Source: Candidatus Tayloriibacteriota bacterium (GTDB lineage: Bacteria > Patescibacteriota > Minisyncoccia > Phycocordibacterales > PALSA-1337). Taken from it: 64,000 bases of DNA. Below the pieces are notes generated by a model. The model was not told the origin of the DNA and did no database searches. It worked only from the letters and a program-made list of their open reading frames with translations. The stretch lies in contig CALRAJ010000003.1 of assembly GCA_943350765.1 (NCBI GenBank), positions 1,456 to 65,455 on the forward strand, in the 5' to 3' direction. Below are positions 53,922 through 63,984 of this stretch, piece after piece. The stretch's first letter is position 1, and the number at the start of each line of letters is the position of its first letter. Both the position numbers and the translations under genes were made by a program.

Positions 53922-54491
53922 ATGTTTCTATCAGATATAGATATCAAAAAAGGACTAGAAAGTGGTGCTATCGTCATAAAGCCTTTTGATGAGAAAAAAC
54001 TTCAGCTGGCAAGTTATGATGTGACACTCGGAAACGAATTTGAGGTAACTAATCGTTTTAGTACCACTTTTGTTGATCCTGTAAATAAGATATACCCATC
54101 AACTCAAACAATAAAAGTTGCTGATGGAAATCAGTTCGTGTTGCATCCAGGAGAGACTGTTCTAGGAAAACAAAAGGAGTTTGTCGGTGTCGATCACAAA
54201 CATCTCATGCTTTTGTCTGGTAAAAGTAGTCTCGCTCGTGCAGGACTTGTTGTTCATAATACAGCTATGCTTTTTAATCCAGGGCATCATTTCTACCCCA
54301 CATTTGAGCTTTTAAATACGAGTTCTGTACCCATCATTTTACGTCCTGGAATGCCTGTAGCCCAACTTTTGTTTGCTGAACTAAAGACTGAGTCGGGTAA
54401 AACATATCATGGAAAAATGGGTGTCGGGCGGTTTGATCATAAGAACTCCGATCATTTTGCAGAACCAAAAGTAAAAGGGAAAAATAAATAA
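53922..54491 (+). CDS. dcd: dCTP deaminase
   Basis: dUTPase-fold; ..[27 protein letters not shown].. and C-terminal motif. Confidence 0.85.
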   Translation: MFLSDIDIKKGLESGAIVIKPFDEKKLQLASYDVTLGNEFEVTNRFSTTFVDPVNKIYPSTQTIKVADGNQFVLHPGETVLGKQKEFVGVDHKHLMLLSGKSSLARAGLVVHNTAMLFNPGHHFYPTFELLNTSSVPIILRPGMPVAQLLFAELKTESGKTYHGKMGVGRFDHKNSDHFAEPKVKGKNK

Positions 54492-54543
54492 ACGAGCGTC
54501 GCGCTTTAATGGACGATTGCGCGACATAATTTCGCAAAATTAC

Positions 54544-55569
54544 ATGAAAAATAAAACCACTTCAAAAACTGCAAAACAACCTAAAATAGAGCGACATCCA
54601 GAATATCAGTATCTCGATCTACTCGCGGATATTATGAAAAACGGTTTTGAAAAGCACGAGTTCAATACGGGCATTGCTATTAAAAGTGTGTTTGGTAGAA
54701 GCATGCGTTATGACCTCTCCAAAGGTTTCCCACTTTTGACCACTAAAAAAGTTTTCTTACGGGGTATCATCCACGAGCTTTTGTGGTTTCTAAAAGGTGA
54801 TATCAATATTAAATATCTGGTGGACAACGATGTGCACATCTGGGATGACTGGCCATACAAAGAGTATAAAAAGAAGATGGAAAAAGGTGAAGTGCCAAAT
54901 CTCACCATTGATGAATTTATCAAAAAGATAAAAGATGATCCTGATTATGCAAAAAAGTGGGGTAATCTTGGCCCCGTATATGGTAGGCAATGGCGCAAAT
55001 GGCCTGCTGCGGACGGTAGAGAGATAGACCAGCTCGCTTGGGCGATAGAAAAGAGTAAAAAGTACCCAGACAGAAAGCATGTGGTTATTTCAGCGTGGAA
55101 TCCCGAGTATGTCTACGAGATGGCTTTGCCGGGTACTTCAATGGCTATTCCACCGTGCCATACACTTTTTAATCTCAATGTGACCAACGGCAAACTTTCT
55201 CTTGCTCTCTATCAGCGCAGTGCGGACTCATTTCTTGGTGTACCTTTTAATATTGCGAGTTATGCACTACTTACAATGATTTTGGCTCAGGTGTGCGGGT
55301 ATAAGGTAGGGGAGTTTGTGCATTTTTTGGGTGATACGCACATTTACGGTAACCACTATGAGCAAGTCAAAGAGCAAATGAAACGAAAACCGCGACCGTT
55401 TCCGACGATGAAAATCAATCCAGCTCGGAAAAATATTGACGATTTCGTATTTGAGGACTTTACTATAGAAAATTACGACCCGCATCCACCGATAAAAGGC
55501 GAGATCACTGCTGTAGGCGGTTTTAATGAAAAAGACCGCAAGGATTTTACGATGAAGAAAAATAAATAG
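54544..55569 (+). CDS. thyA: thymidylate synthase (ThyA) with insertion
   Basis: [16 protein letters not shown], catalytic Cys in [28 protein letters not shown]. Confidence 0.9.
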   Translation: MKNKTTSKTAKQPKIERHPEYQYLDLLADIMKNGFEKHEFNTGIAIKSVFGRSMRYDLSKGFPLLTTKKVFLRGIIHELLWFLKGDINIKYLVDNDVHIWDDWPYKEYKKKMEKGEVPNLTIDEFIKKIKDDPDYAKKWGNLGPVYGRQWRKWPAADGREIDQLAWAIEKSKKYPDRKHVVISAWNPEYVYEMALPGTSMAIPPCHTLFNLNVTNGKLSLALYQRSADSFLGVPFNIASYALLTMILAQVCGYKVGEFVHFLGDTHIYGNHYEQVKEQMKRKPRPFPTMKINPARKNIDDFVFEDFTIENYDPHPPIKGEITAVGGFNEKDRKDFTMKKNK

Positions 55570-55595
55570 TGTGTAAATGATAATTTTAAATTTCC

Positions 55596-56819
55596 ATGAA
55601 AGATACCCAAATCAAAAAACTCATCGAGTCTGAAAAAAAGCGTCAAAAAAAGGTGATCAACCTCATCGCCTCAGAAAATGTGGTATCAAAGGATGTGCTC
55701 AAAGCCCTTGGTTCCGAGCTGACTAATAAGTATGCGGAAGGGTATCCAGGTAAACGGTATTATGGAGGTAATGAAGTGGTAGATGAGCTAGAATCTCTCG
55801 CCCAGACTCGGGCACTACGACTTTTTGGACTTTCTCCTGATCTCTGGCATGTCAATGTCCAGCCACTTTCTGGCTCTCCAGCCAATCTCGCGGTGTATTT
55901 GGCACTTGTCCCTATTGGCGGGAAAATTATGGGCATGTCTCTCGACAACGGGGGACATTTGACTCATGGACACAAAGTTTCTATGACTGGCAAGGCTTGG
56001 GTACAGGTGCCGTTTGGGGTGGATCCAAAAACAGAAGTGATCGACTACGATAGTCTGAAACAAAAAGCGGTTGCTGAAAAGCCAGCTATCATTGTCGCTG
56101 GATTTACTGCCTATCCTCGCACCGTAGATTTTAAAAAGTTTAGAGAAGTGGCTGATGCTTGTGGCCCCGACTCTCCGGTCGGGACAGGCGCGATACTGAT
56201 GGTAGACATGTCACATTTTGCAGGGCTTGTGGCGGGCAAGGCTTACCCAAGTCCATTCGAATATGCCGATGTGGTGACGACTACTGTGCACAAGACCTTG
56301 CGTGGTCCTCGCTCAGCACTTATTTTTGTACGAAAGGATAAGACAAAGCTAAATACAAAAGGCGTCCCAGTGTCTTTTGCCGACCTCATAGACAAAGCTG
56401 TTTTCCCGGGACTTCAGGGTGGCCCACATTTAAATCAAATCGCAGCTGTAGCAGTGGCACTTAAAGAGGCGTCTACCCCGGCGTTTAAAAAGTATGCACA
56501 GCAAGTGGTAAAAAATGCCAAAGTTTTGGCTGACGAGCTCACGAAAAAGGGTTGGAGGATTGTTTCTGGAGGGACCGACTCTCATTTAGTACTTATCGAC
56601 ACATGGATGGGTGGCAAGGGTATTGGTGGAAAGGAGGCTAGTGACCGTCTCGAGAAGGCAGGTATTATTGTGAATAAAAATACGATTCCTGGAGAGACTC
56701 GTACACCGGTAGATCCGTCTGGTATAAGGGTGGGTTCTGCTGCCGAGACGACTCGTGGTAAAAAAGAGAAGGATTTTCGGAAGGTTGCAGAGAATATTGA
56801 TAAGGTTTTGAGTGCTTAA
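55596..56819 (+). CDS. glyA: serine hydroxymethyltransferase
   Basis: PLP-lysine motif VTTTVHKTLRGPRSALIF; full-length SHMT. Confidence 0.95.
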   Translation: MKDTQIKKLIESEKKRQKKVINLIASENVVSKDVLKALGSELTNKYAEGYPGKRYYGGNEVVDELESLAQTRALRLFGLSPDLWHVNVQPLSGSPANLAVYLALVPIGGKIMGMSLDNGGHLTHGHKVSMTGKAWVQVPFGVDPKTEVIDYDSLKQKAVAEKPAIIVAGFTAYPRTVDFKKFREVADACGPDSPVGTGAILMVDMSHFAGLVAGKAYPSPFEYADVVTTTVHKTLRGPRSALIFVRKDKTKLNTKGVPVSFADLIDKAVFPGLQGGPHLNQIAAVAVALKEASTPAFKKYAQQVVKNAKVLADELTKKGWRIVSGGTDSHLVLIDTWMGGKGIGGKEASDRLEKAGIIVNKNTIPGETRTPVDPSGIRVGSAAETTRGKKEKDFRKVAENIDKVLSA

Positions 56820-56856
56820 TTGGTACTTACGGTAATGATATGTTATAATAAATTAA

Positions 56857-57312
56857 ATGGATAAAATAAAGATATTTAAGTATTTGTCGCGAGCACAAAG
56901 TGTTTTTATTGCAATTTTATCTTTTGGATATCTAACTTTGTTTTTTCTGCCATTTGTTAGTTCTGAGCTTGATGATCGCCTTGGCGAAACCAAATTTGTA
57001 ATCTTTGCTGTATTAGGAGTAGGCTGTATACTGCTTATTGTTTTGAGGGCATTTATTTATCACTTTAGAAAACAGATTGCCATAACCGACGAGACAGAGA
57101 TTAAAAAAGTCTTGAGTTCTAATGAGCCGATTTTTAAAGTGGGGATATTTTTAGCACTTATCTTTCTATTAGTCTTTTTTTCTTGGCTCGGATTGTTTGC
57201 TTTATCAGCTACCGACGGCAGACCCTCAGGTATTATTTTTGCCATAATATTTTATGGAGGTATATTGCTAGTGATTGTTACGTCCATTGTTCGTTTGTTT
57301 AAGAAGAAGTAA
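56857..57312 (+). CDS. hypothetical membrane protein
   Basis: 151 aa, 4 TM segments. Confidence 0.3.
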   Translation: MDKIKIFKYLSRAQSVFIAILSFGYLTLFFLPFVSSELDDRLGETKFVIFAVLGVGCILLIVLRAFIYHFRKQIAITDETEIKKVLSSNEPIFKVGIFLALIFLLVFFSWLGLFALSATDGRPSGIIFAIIFYGGILLVIVTSIVRLFKKK

Positions 57313-57382
57313 GAAATTCTATTTTATTAAAAACAGTCATTGATAAAAACTAGAAAATAGCCTCGAGTAGGGGCGTAGTTTG

Positions 57383-57454
57383 GCGGAAAGGCTCGACGGG
57401 TGACCAGTGAGCCGTTGAACCTGTTTCCCCCGATTTTCAGTAGAAAATCGGGGG
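57383..57454 (+). repeat. imperfect palindrome plus TCAGTAGA-loop hairpin
   Basis: GGCGGAAAGGCTCGACGGG..GAGCCGTTGAACC then CCCCCGATTTTCAGTAGAAAATCGGGGG. Confidence 0.5.
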
Positions 57455-57547
57455 ACTGACTGAGTACTCGGTACTTTCGACTTTTGAACTGCTCCCATTC
57501 TTAATTCCTAAATCTGGCTTCTACTCAAAATATGCTATAGTACTATT

Positions 57548-59245
57548 ATGATTTCAGACCAGATACAAAAGGCAGTACAGAGTGCTGTGGCAGAGCTTGG
57601 TATGCAAGCTGGTGAGGTAGTTCTCGAGCACCCAGGCGAGCTTTCTCGCGGTGACTATGCGACCAATGTGGCGATGGCTCTAGCTAAAAAGGCAGTGGTC
57701 AAGCCAAAGGATCTTGCTGAGAAAATTGCGACAGCTATCCGTGCTCAAAACATCCCAGAAATTGCCAAAGTAGAAGTCGCTGGTCCGGGCTTTATCAACT
57801 TTTACCTCTCACAAACTTTTCTCGTCTCTGAAATAGCTAAAATCGTATCTCTCGGCGGGCAGTACGGTCTCAATAAAACCCTCGCAGGTAAGACGGTGAT
57901 GCTCGAATACACTAGTCCCAATCTTTTCAAACCACTTCATATCGGCAACCTAGTAGGTAATATTCTGGGAGAATCACTATCTCGATTACTTATCGCTAGT
58001 GGAGCCGAAGTCAAAAGAATCAACTACCCTTCTGATATAGGACTGACGGTAGCAAAAGGTGTGTGGGGACTTCAGAAAACGGGCGGTAATCCAAAAGATA
58101 TCAAGGCTCTCGGCGAAGCGTATCGAGTGGGTAACACTGCGTATGACGAAGCTGGTGATGAGAAAAAAGAAATTGAGGTGATCAACAAAGCACTCTACGA
58201 GTATTCAAATCCGACACTGACTACTTTGCGAAAAGATGGTATTGCGACATCGCTTCTGCATCTCGAGATGCTTTGTAAAAAGCTTGGTACAAAGTTCGAT
58301 ACACAGTTTTTCGAAAGTCAGTCTGCTCTGCTCGGTCGAGATATTGTACTTGCTAATATCACTAATGGTATTTTTGAAAAGAGTGACGGTGCTGTCATAT
58401 ACAAGGGCGAGGTAGATGGACTTCATACCCGAGTATTCCTCAACTCTCATGGCCTCCCGACCTACGAAGCAAAGGAGGTGGGACTCTTTAAACTCAAAAG
58501 TGAGGCGTATCCAAACTTCGACATCTCGATAACCGTTACTGGTAATGAGCAACTAGACTTTTTCAGGGTAGTGTTTTCAGCGATTAAAAAAGTATTTAAG
58601 GAGGAGACTAAGGGGAAGGTCTTGCGTCATGTACCAAACGGCTTTTTGACCCTCACGACAGGCAAGATGTCTTCTCGAAAGGGTAATGTGATTACGGGCG
58701 AATCACTCATCGAGACTGTACAGGAAATGGTGCGAGAAAAAGTCAAAGACCGAGGATTTGATGTGTCTACCACAGAAATAGTCGCAGAGTCGGTGGCTAT
58801 TGGTGCGATAAAGTATTCTATTCTTCGTCAGCAGATGGGAAGTAATATTATCTTTGATTTCGAAAAGTCCCTGTCTTTTGAGGGTGATTCTGGTCCATAT
58901 TTGCAATACACGACCGTGCGCGCAAGAACCGTTCTTGCGAAAGCGAAAATAGTAGGACTTGTGCCGTCGACAAAAAATAGTCCAAAGTCGATAGGCGATC
59001 TAGAGCGGGTCATCTATCGTTTTCCTGAGGTGCTGGAGAGAGCAACCCACGACTATGCACCACATCTTCTTGTGACTTTTGCTGTTGAGCTTTCAGCCAC
59101 ATTTAATGCGTTCTATGCCAATCAAACCATTATTGACGGAAAGGATCCTGATTCACTATATCGTCTTGCAATCACCTCGGCGGTAGCGTCAGTACTTGAG
59201 CAGTGCCTCTATGTACTCGCCATTCCTTTGCCCGAGAAGATGTAG
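57548..59245 (+). CDS. argS: arginine--tRNA ligase
   Basis: class I HIGN motif PLHIGNLVGNILGE, ArgRS N-terminal domain, C-terminal DALR anticodon-binding region (PYLQYTTVRARTVLAKA). Confidence 0.9.
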   Translation: MISDQIQKAVQSAVAELGMQAGEVVLEHPGELSRGDYATNVAMALAKKAVVKPKDLAEKIATAIRAQNIPEIAKVEVAGPGFINFYLSQTFLVSEIAKIVSLGGQYGLNKTLAGKTVMLEYTSPNLFKPLHIGNLVGNILGESLSRLLIASGAEVKRINYPSDIGLTVAKGVWGLQKTGGNPKDIKALGEAYRVGNTAYDEAGDEKKEIEVINKALYEYSNPTLTTLRKDGIATSLLHLEMLCKKLGTKFDTQFFESQSALLGRDIVLANITNGIFEKSDGAVIYKGEVDGLHTRVFLNSHGLPTYEAKEVGLFKLKSEAYPNFDISITVTGNEQLDFFRVVFSAIKKVFKEETKGKVLRHVPNGFLTLTTGKMSSRKGNVITGESLIETVQEMVREKVKDRGFDVSTTEIVAESVAIGAIKYSILRQQMGSNIIFDFEKSLSFEGDSGPYLQYTTVRARTVLAKAKIVGLVPSTKNSPKSIGDLERVIYRFPEVLERATHDYAPHLLVTFAVELSATFNAFYANQTIIDGKDPDSLYRLAITSAVASVLEQCLYVLAIPLPEKM

Positions 59246-59304
59246 AGCGAAGCAGTATTACAAGCTGATTGTAAATGGGTATAAAAAATGATACTATCTT
59301 AAGT

Positions 59305-59595
59305 ATGTCAAATAACACACTGTCACTTAGTCTCCCCGTACAAATCATAAAGCAAAACAAGCGTTTTGTGGCATATACTCCTGCACTCGATATTTCTACT
59401 TCAGGAAAAACTGAAAAAGAGGCACAAGCTCGTTTTGTTGAAATGGCGGAAATATTTTTCGAAGAAATTATTGAGGCGGGGACAGCTTCTGATGTACTTT
59501 CTGAACTTGGTTGGAAAATAGCTCAGAAAAAGTGGACTCCACCACAAATAATTTCTTCCCAGCCAGTCGGCTTTTGTATACCAACTTTTGTATAA
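59305..59595 (+). CDS. hicB: HicB-family antitoxin
   Basis: RFVAYTPALDISTSGKTEKEAQARFVEMAEIFFEE matches the HicB/UPF0150 RNase H-like fold pattern; directly upstream of hicA. Confidence 0.6.
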   Translation: MSNNTLSLSLPVQIIKQNKRFVAYTPALDISTSGKTEKEAQARFVEMAEIFFEEIIEAGTASDVLSELGWKIAQKKWTPPQIISSQPVGFCIPTFV

Positions 59596-59596
59596 T

Positions 59597-59824
59597 ATGC
59601 CTCGCATTCAGTCTATCCACTGGCGAGATTTTGAGAAGTTTCTTCTGAATATTGGATGTGAGTTTAAAAGACAGAAAGGCGATCATCGGGTGTATTGGAA
59701 AAAGGGTATCAAAAGACCGGTGGTTATTCCGCAGGATGCCTCCTTGCCCGCGTTCATTATTCTGAATAATTTGCGAGTACTCGGTATATCACGCGAGGAG
59801 TATTTGAAAAGTGTCGAAAAGTAG
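59597..59824 (+). CDS. hicA: HicA-family mRNA interferase toxin
   Basis: FEKFLLNIGCEFKRQKGDHRVYWKKG..VVIPQD matches the HicA/YcfA dsRBD-like motif. Confidence 0.7.
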   Translation: MPRIQSIHWRDFEKFLLNIGCEFKRQKGDHRVYWKKGIKRPVVIPQDASLPAFIILNNLRVLGISREEYLKSVEK

Positions 59825-59895
59825 AGAGTGCCAGACATCTTTCAAAACAGTGGGGCAGTGTGCTAGTATGGGAAACGACATCGTGCAATAATATT

Positions 59896-59984
59896 GGAGA
59901 GATGGATGAGTGGCTTAAATCAACGGTTTACTAAACCGTCGTTCCCTAACAGGAACCGTGGGTTCGAATCCCACTCTCTCCGCA
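59896..59984 (+). tRNA. type II tRNA (Ser-like) with unusual anticodon loop TTACTAA (nominal anticodon ACT)
   Basis: acceptor GGAGAGA/TCTCTCC, 3-bp D-stem, anticodon stem ACGGT/ACCGT, long variable arm CGTTCCCTAACAGGAAC, T-arm GTGGGTTCGAATCCCAC. Confidence 0.65.
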
Positions 59985-60024
59985 AACGGCCCAAAAAGAA
60001 AGAAGTTCTTTTTGGGTAGCCGTT

Positions 60025-60360
60025 GCGCGAGAGAGTGGGATTCGAACGCCGGAACTCATAATTTTCAGTAGAAAATTTAGTGAGGCGGTGCCCAGACAAA
60101 TTTTTTCGACGGAAAAAATTTAGTCGCGGGCGAAAAACGTACTCGTGGTCTCGCTCTCTCCGCCTTCGGTCCGCAGTAGCTTGGCTTCGGAGTGACACAG
60201 TCCGCAGAAGATGAGCGAAGGCGGGAAGGGGATTCGAAGCCAGATTGAGTATTTTTTCGATTTTGTAATCAAATGAAGAAAAAATCCAATCGGGGTACTG
60301 AAACTGTAAGTTTCGAAAAGCGTACTCGTGGTCTCGCTCTCTTTTCGATACTGCCATTGA
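60025..60360 (+). repeat. tRNA-linked composite element, type II core (follows the type II tRNA), with additional partial duplication
   Basis: terminator hairpin 59986-60024; inverted copy GCGCGAGAGAGTGGGATTCGAAC; hairpin CTCATAATTTTCAGTAGAAAATTTAGTGAG; GCGGTGCCCAGAC; hairpin AAATTTTTTCGACGGAAAAAATTT; AGTCGCGGGCGAAAAACGTACTCGTGGTC; direct copy TCGCTCTCTCCGCC; second direct copy at 60322-60350. Confidence 0.6.
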
Positions 60361-60450
60361 AACAAAGGTACCTGGTCCATTTATCCACCTAAACAGGTTC
60401 CAACAGCGTACCAAACTACCCGCAAAGTTTTAATGTGATATAATTTCTAT

Positions 60451-60852
60451 ATGGATTTCGAAAGACTATTCGCTGAAGCCTCAAGGATTAATGCTTCAAG
60501 AAAACTATCTTCTACGGCCAACTGCGGTGGTGTAGGCTCCGCTTTAATAACTGCAAAAGGGAAAATATATACAGGAATATGTATTGATACATACTGTGGA
60601 TTAGGATTTTGTGCGGAACATTCTGCGATTGCTGAAATGCTTAAAAATGGAGAATCAGAAATTAAGGAAATACTTGCTGTTAAGGAAAGTTTTGATAATG
60701 CAGTCATATCACCTTGTGGCAGATGTCGAGAACCAATACTACAAATTGATCCAAAAAATAAAAATACGATTGCCTACATCTCTTACGACAAGGCGGTAAA
60801 ACTTTCTGAACTTTTACCCGAACACTGGATGGAGGGATACAAAAAGACTTAA
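60451..60852 (+). CDS. cdd: cytidine/deoxycytidylate deaminase-family zinc enzyme (Cdd-like)
   Basis: zinc ligand motifs CAEHSAI and PCGRCRE. Confidence 0.75.
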   Translation: MDFERLFAEASRINASRKLSSTANCGGVGSALITAKGKIYTGICIDTYCGLGFCAEHSAIAEMLKNGESEIKEILAVKESFDNAVISPCGRCREPILQIDPKNKNTIAYISYDKAVKLSELLPEHWMEGYKKT

Positions 60853-60923
60853 ATATCCTTATTCCGCAAAAAACCAGTTCCAACTGCTTACTAAAATACT
60901 CGCCAAAAACAAGAATTAAACGG

Positions 60924-60940
60924 ACAATGAGGTCAGCCAC
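60924..60940 (+). repeat. 17-bp direct repeat ACAATGAGGTCAGCCAC, copy 1
   Basis: identical to 61572-61588; together they flank ORF 61016-61561. Confidence 0.7.
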
Positions 60941-61015
60941 CACTTGCCCGAACATATTATCAAAAATAATTATGGCTGACCTTATTATCATTATTACAGT
61001 TGATAAACTACTAAA

Positions 61016-61561
61016 ATGAAACCACAATTATTTATTATTACAGGGGTAAATGGTATTGGGAAAAGTTGTATTATTCCTAAACTGAGAGACCATCTCAATT
61101 CTATAAATTTTGTAGTACACGACTTCGATGAGCGCGGAGTTCCTGATAATGCTGATAGTGAGTGGCGAAAATCTGAGATAAAACATTGGTTTACAATTGC
61201 GGAGCAAAATATAAGTAAAAAATTGTCTACGGTTGTGTGTGGTTTTATGAAAATGAGCGATATCAAGCATGCTTTGGAAAATGGCTATAGTATAAAAGTA
61301 AGTGTCTGTGTGCTAGATGCCTCTCCAGAAACTATTTCTAGTAGAATCTTAAGTCGTTATCTCACTCCTGAAAGTCTTATAGAACTTAAGCGTACTACTG
61401 GTAAAACTCCCGAAAAGTTTGTGAGTGATAATGTATGGGTAGCCTCAAAATTCCGTGAAGAAGCAAAAGAAAATGCCTACTACCTACTTGATACAAATGA
61501 ACAAAGGCCAGATAAAGTCGCTACAAGCGTCATCGCATGGATTAATACACAAAATATATGA
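61016..61561 (+). CDS. P-loop kinase-like protein (AAA_33/zeta-toxin-like nucleotide kinase fold)
   Basis: Walker A ITGVNGIGKS near the N-terminus; 181 aa. Confidence 0.5.
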   Translation: MKPQLFIITGVNGIGKSCIIPKLRDHLNSINFVVHDFDERGVPDNADSEWRKSEIKHWFTIAEQNISKKLSTVVCGFMKMSDIKHALENGYSIKVSVCVLDASPETISSRILSRYLTPESLIELKRTTGKTPEKFVSDNVWVASKFREEAKENAYYLLDTNEQRPDKVATSVIAWINTQNI

Positions 61562-61571
61562 ATACAATGAT

Positions 61572-61588
61572 ACAATGAGGTCAGCCAC
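61572..61588 (+). repeat. 17-bp direct repeat ACAATGAGGTCAGCCAC, copy 2
   Basis: identical to 60924-60940. Confidence 0.7.
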
Positions 61589-61705
61589 AATTCTTTTTGA
61601 TAATATGTTCGGGGGAACGGTGGCTAACCTTACTAATTTTTCAGTAGAAAATTTAGTAAGGCGCTGCCCAGACCAAAGTTTTTGACGAAAAACTTTGAAT
61701 ATCGG
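61589..61705 (+). repeat. orphan type II composite element (no tRNA)
   Basis: inverted partial copy GGTGGCTAACC of the preceding GGTCAGCCAC; hairpin CTTACTAATTTTTCAGTAGAAAATTTAGTAAG; GCGCTGCCCAGACC; hairpin CAAAGTTTTTGACGAAAAACTTTG identical to that in 18965-18988. Confidence 0.55.
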
Positions 61706-61751
61706 GAGAAATTCTTACTCACTTATCCATAAATAGAATTAACGTAAACCT

Positions 61752-62300
61752 ATGGGAAACAAAGACATTACATTCATAACAGGCAATCAGAAAAAGGCGG
61801 ACTATCTCAATAAGTATCTTGGTTTTCCGGTTAAGCATATAAAACTCGAGCTCGACGAAATACAATCTCTTGATTTGAAAGATATTGTCGAGCACAAAGT
61901 CCGACAGGCGTATGACAAGATTAGAACCCCAGTCATAGTGGAGGATGTTTCTCTGGAATTTGAAGCTTTAAAAGGTCTGCCTGGGCCATTTATACGATTC
62001 TTTGTAGACAGTGTACCTTTTGAGACCATCTGCTCGATGGTTAATGGTAAGACTCGTAGAGCAACAGCAAAGTGTGTTTTTGGTTATTACGATGGAGAGA
62101 CATTAAAACTACTTGAAGGTAGTCTTGGTGGCGAAATTGCAGAAACTCCTATGGGCGAGAATGGTTATGGGTGGGATAAACTCTTTATTCCTGATGGATA
62201 CAAAGTTACTCGAGCACAACTTAGTGAAGAAGATGACCAGAAGACCTATGTGCAGATAAAGCCGTTTGCAGCACTGAAAGAATTTTTAACTTATCGATAA
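61752..62300 (+). CDS. rdgB: non-canonical purine NTP pyrophosphatase (RdgB/HAM1)
   Basis: ITFITGNQKK N-terminus and the conserved FGYD-like motif of ITPases. Confidence 0.85.
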   Translation: MGNKDITFITGNQKKADYLNKYLGFPVKHIKLELDEIQSLDLKDIVEHKVRQAYDKIRTPVIVEDVSLEFEALKGLPGPFIRFFVDSVPFETICSMVNGKTRRATAKCVFGYYDGETLKLLEGSLGGEIAETPMGENGYGWDKLFIPDGYKVTRAQLSEEDDQKTYVQIKPFAALKEFLTYR

Positions 62301-62304
62301 ACCT

Positions 62305-62853
62305 ATGTCCATAAAAATAACCTATTTTGTACACGGCACAACCACAGACAACGAGAAAGAAATTTCATCGGGCTGGTTTGATGTCGAACTTTCTGAAAAG
62401 GGAATAAAACAGGCGATTGATTTAAGGGAAAAAACGAAGGATCAGAAATTTGATGTAGTCTTTTGTTCTGATTTAAAACGCGCGGTGAAGTCGGCGGAAT
62501 TAGCTTGGAACGGGATCTATACAATTATCCCTGACAAAAGACTTCGAGAATGTAATTATGGTAAGCTTAACGCCGCCCCATCTTCAATTGTCGAACCGAT
62601 GCAAGAGGAAGAATGTATTAAGAATAAGTTTCCAGAAGGGGAGAGTTATGAAGATGTAAAAGCTCGCATAGCAGATTTTCTTGAATTTCTAAAAAAGAAC
62701 TATAACGGAAAAAGTGTTGCAATTGTTGCACACAAAGCTCCGCAACTTTCGCTAGATGTTTTGATCAAAGGCAAGACTTGGAAACAAGCCCTTGCGGATG
62801 ATTGGAGAAAAACAAAGTCTTGGAAACCAGGGTGGGAGTATATTTTAGATTAA
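62305..62853 (+). CDS. histidine phosphatase superfamily (phosphoglycerate mutase-like) protein
   Basis: ITYFVHGTTTDNE (RHG-like motif with V for R) and a downstream catalytic His region. Confidence 0.6.
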   Translation: MSIKITYFVHGTTTDNEKEISSGWFDVELSEKGIKQAIDLREKTKDQKFDVVFCSDLKRAVKSAELAWNGIYTIIPDKRLRECNYGKLNAAPSSIVEPMQEEECIKNKFPEGESYEDVKARIADFLEFLKKNYNGKSVAIVAHKAPQLSLDVLIKGKTWKQALADDWRKTKSWKPGWEYILD

Positions 62854-62976
62854 ACTATTTGATAATGACATCAGGTCACCCTCCATCTCGGCGGGTACTG
62901 CTTCTGTTCCCTTTAACCTAACTTTGTATCAAGGGTACATCCTATATTCCTCTATACTTATGACCCTGATAATTTC

Positions 62977-63029
62977 CATCGGCTAAACCCTGTGTTTAGC
63001 CGATGAGAATGGCTCAACAGAGCCGTTTT
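62977..63029. repeat. bipartite palindromic element (CATCGGCTAAACCCTGTGTTTAGCCGATG plus GGCTCAACAGAGCC)
   Basis: same two-hairpin architecture as the other family members. Confidence 0.5.
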
Positions 63030-63096
63030 AAAAAATGGTGAAAAATGGGGAATTTGCTAAAATAGACATGTAAACATGGGAGGAAAAATGCTTTGG

Positions 63097-63984
63097 TTAC
63101 CCCCGATACACCTTCTCCAGCTTCTCAATATCAAACTTTTTCATCTGCATAAAAGCCTCAGTCACTCGAGCAATCTGCTCTGGACTCCCTCCGCTGAGCA
63201 TGCTCTCCATACGGCTCGGCACAATCTGCCACGGGAAACCAAACTTATCGTTGAGCCATCCGCATTGGACCTCTTTTCCTCCCTCGGTCAATTTATCCCA
63301 ATAATAGTCCACTTCTTCCTGCGTGTCGCAACTCACAATAAAAGAAACCGCTTGCTCAAAAGAGAGGGGACTCGGTCTGCCACTGTCCATGAGCGCCATG
63401 TAGCAGTTTTCTATAGTAAAGCCTGCGTGTTTTATGGTCGCCTTTGCCTCAATTTTGTGGATGTCCTCGGGGCCATACTTCATCAAGTAATTTATTTTTG
63501 AATTGTGGAAAACATTCGTATAAAAATTAACCGCTTCTTCTGCTCGCCCACACACCGTGCCTGCAAACATTAGGGTAGGGGTAACTTTTTGTGGTGACTT
63601 CATTTGCGTTGAAAACATGATTTGCCATGAGACTCCGTGCTGATCCTGTGCCCAGCCGAATTTTTCTGCAAAAGGATACGCAGAAAGTTCCATTAGTATT
63701 TTTCCAGTTGCAGAAAGTTTGGTCCAGAGAGTGTCGACTTCGGCGATAGAGTCGCACGATATAATAAACGACACAGTAGGATTGAAGGGTAGATACGGAC
63801 CAGCAGTCATAAAATTGAAATCAAGCCCAAAAATCTCCATAGTCGCCGTCGATACATGTCCTGACGGTGTACCATCGAGACCACCAGAGCTTTTTATTTT
63901 TGACCCAGGAAATACTGACAGATAGAAGTCAGTAATCTTTTTCATATCTTTTTCAAACCACAAAAACGGTGTTATTTTTTGCAT
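63097..63984 (-). CDS. tandem VOC-family (PhnB-like/glyoxalase-fold) two-domain protein
   Basis: two homologous halves, each ITPFLWFEKD../..PTLMFAGT.. with GWLNDKFGFPWQI and GWAQDQHGVSWQI C-terminal strands. Confidence 0.7.
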   Translation of the reverse strand: MQKITPFLWFEKDMKKITDFYLSVFPGSKIKSSGGLDGTPSGHVSTATMEIFGLDFNFMTAGPYLPFNPTVSFIISCDSIAEVDTLWTKLSATGKILMELSAYPFAEKFGWAQDQHGVSWQIMFSTQMKSPQKVTPTLMFAGTVCGRAEEAVNFYTNVFHNSKINYLMKYGPEDIHKIEAKATIKHAGFTIENCYMALMDSGRPSPLSFEQAVSFIVSCDTQEEVDYYWDKLTEGGKEVQCGWLNDKFGFPWQIVPSRMESMLSGGSPEQIARVTEAFMQMKKFDIEKLEKVYRG

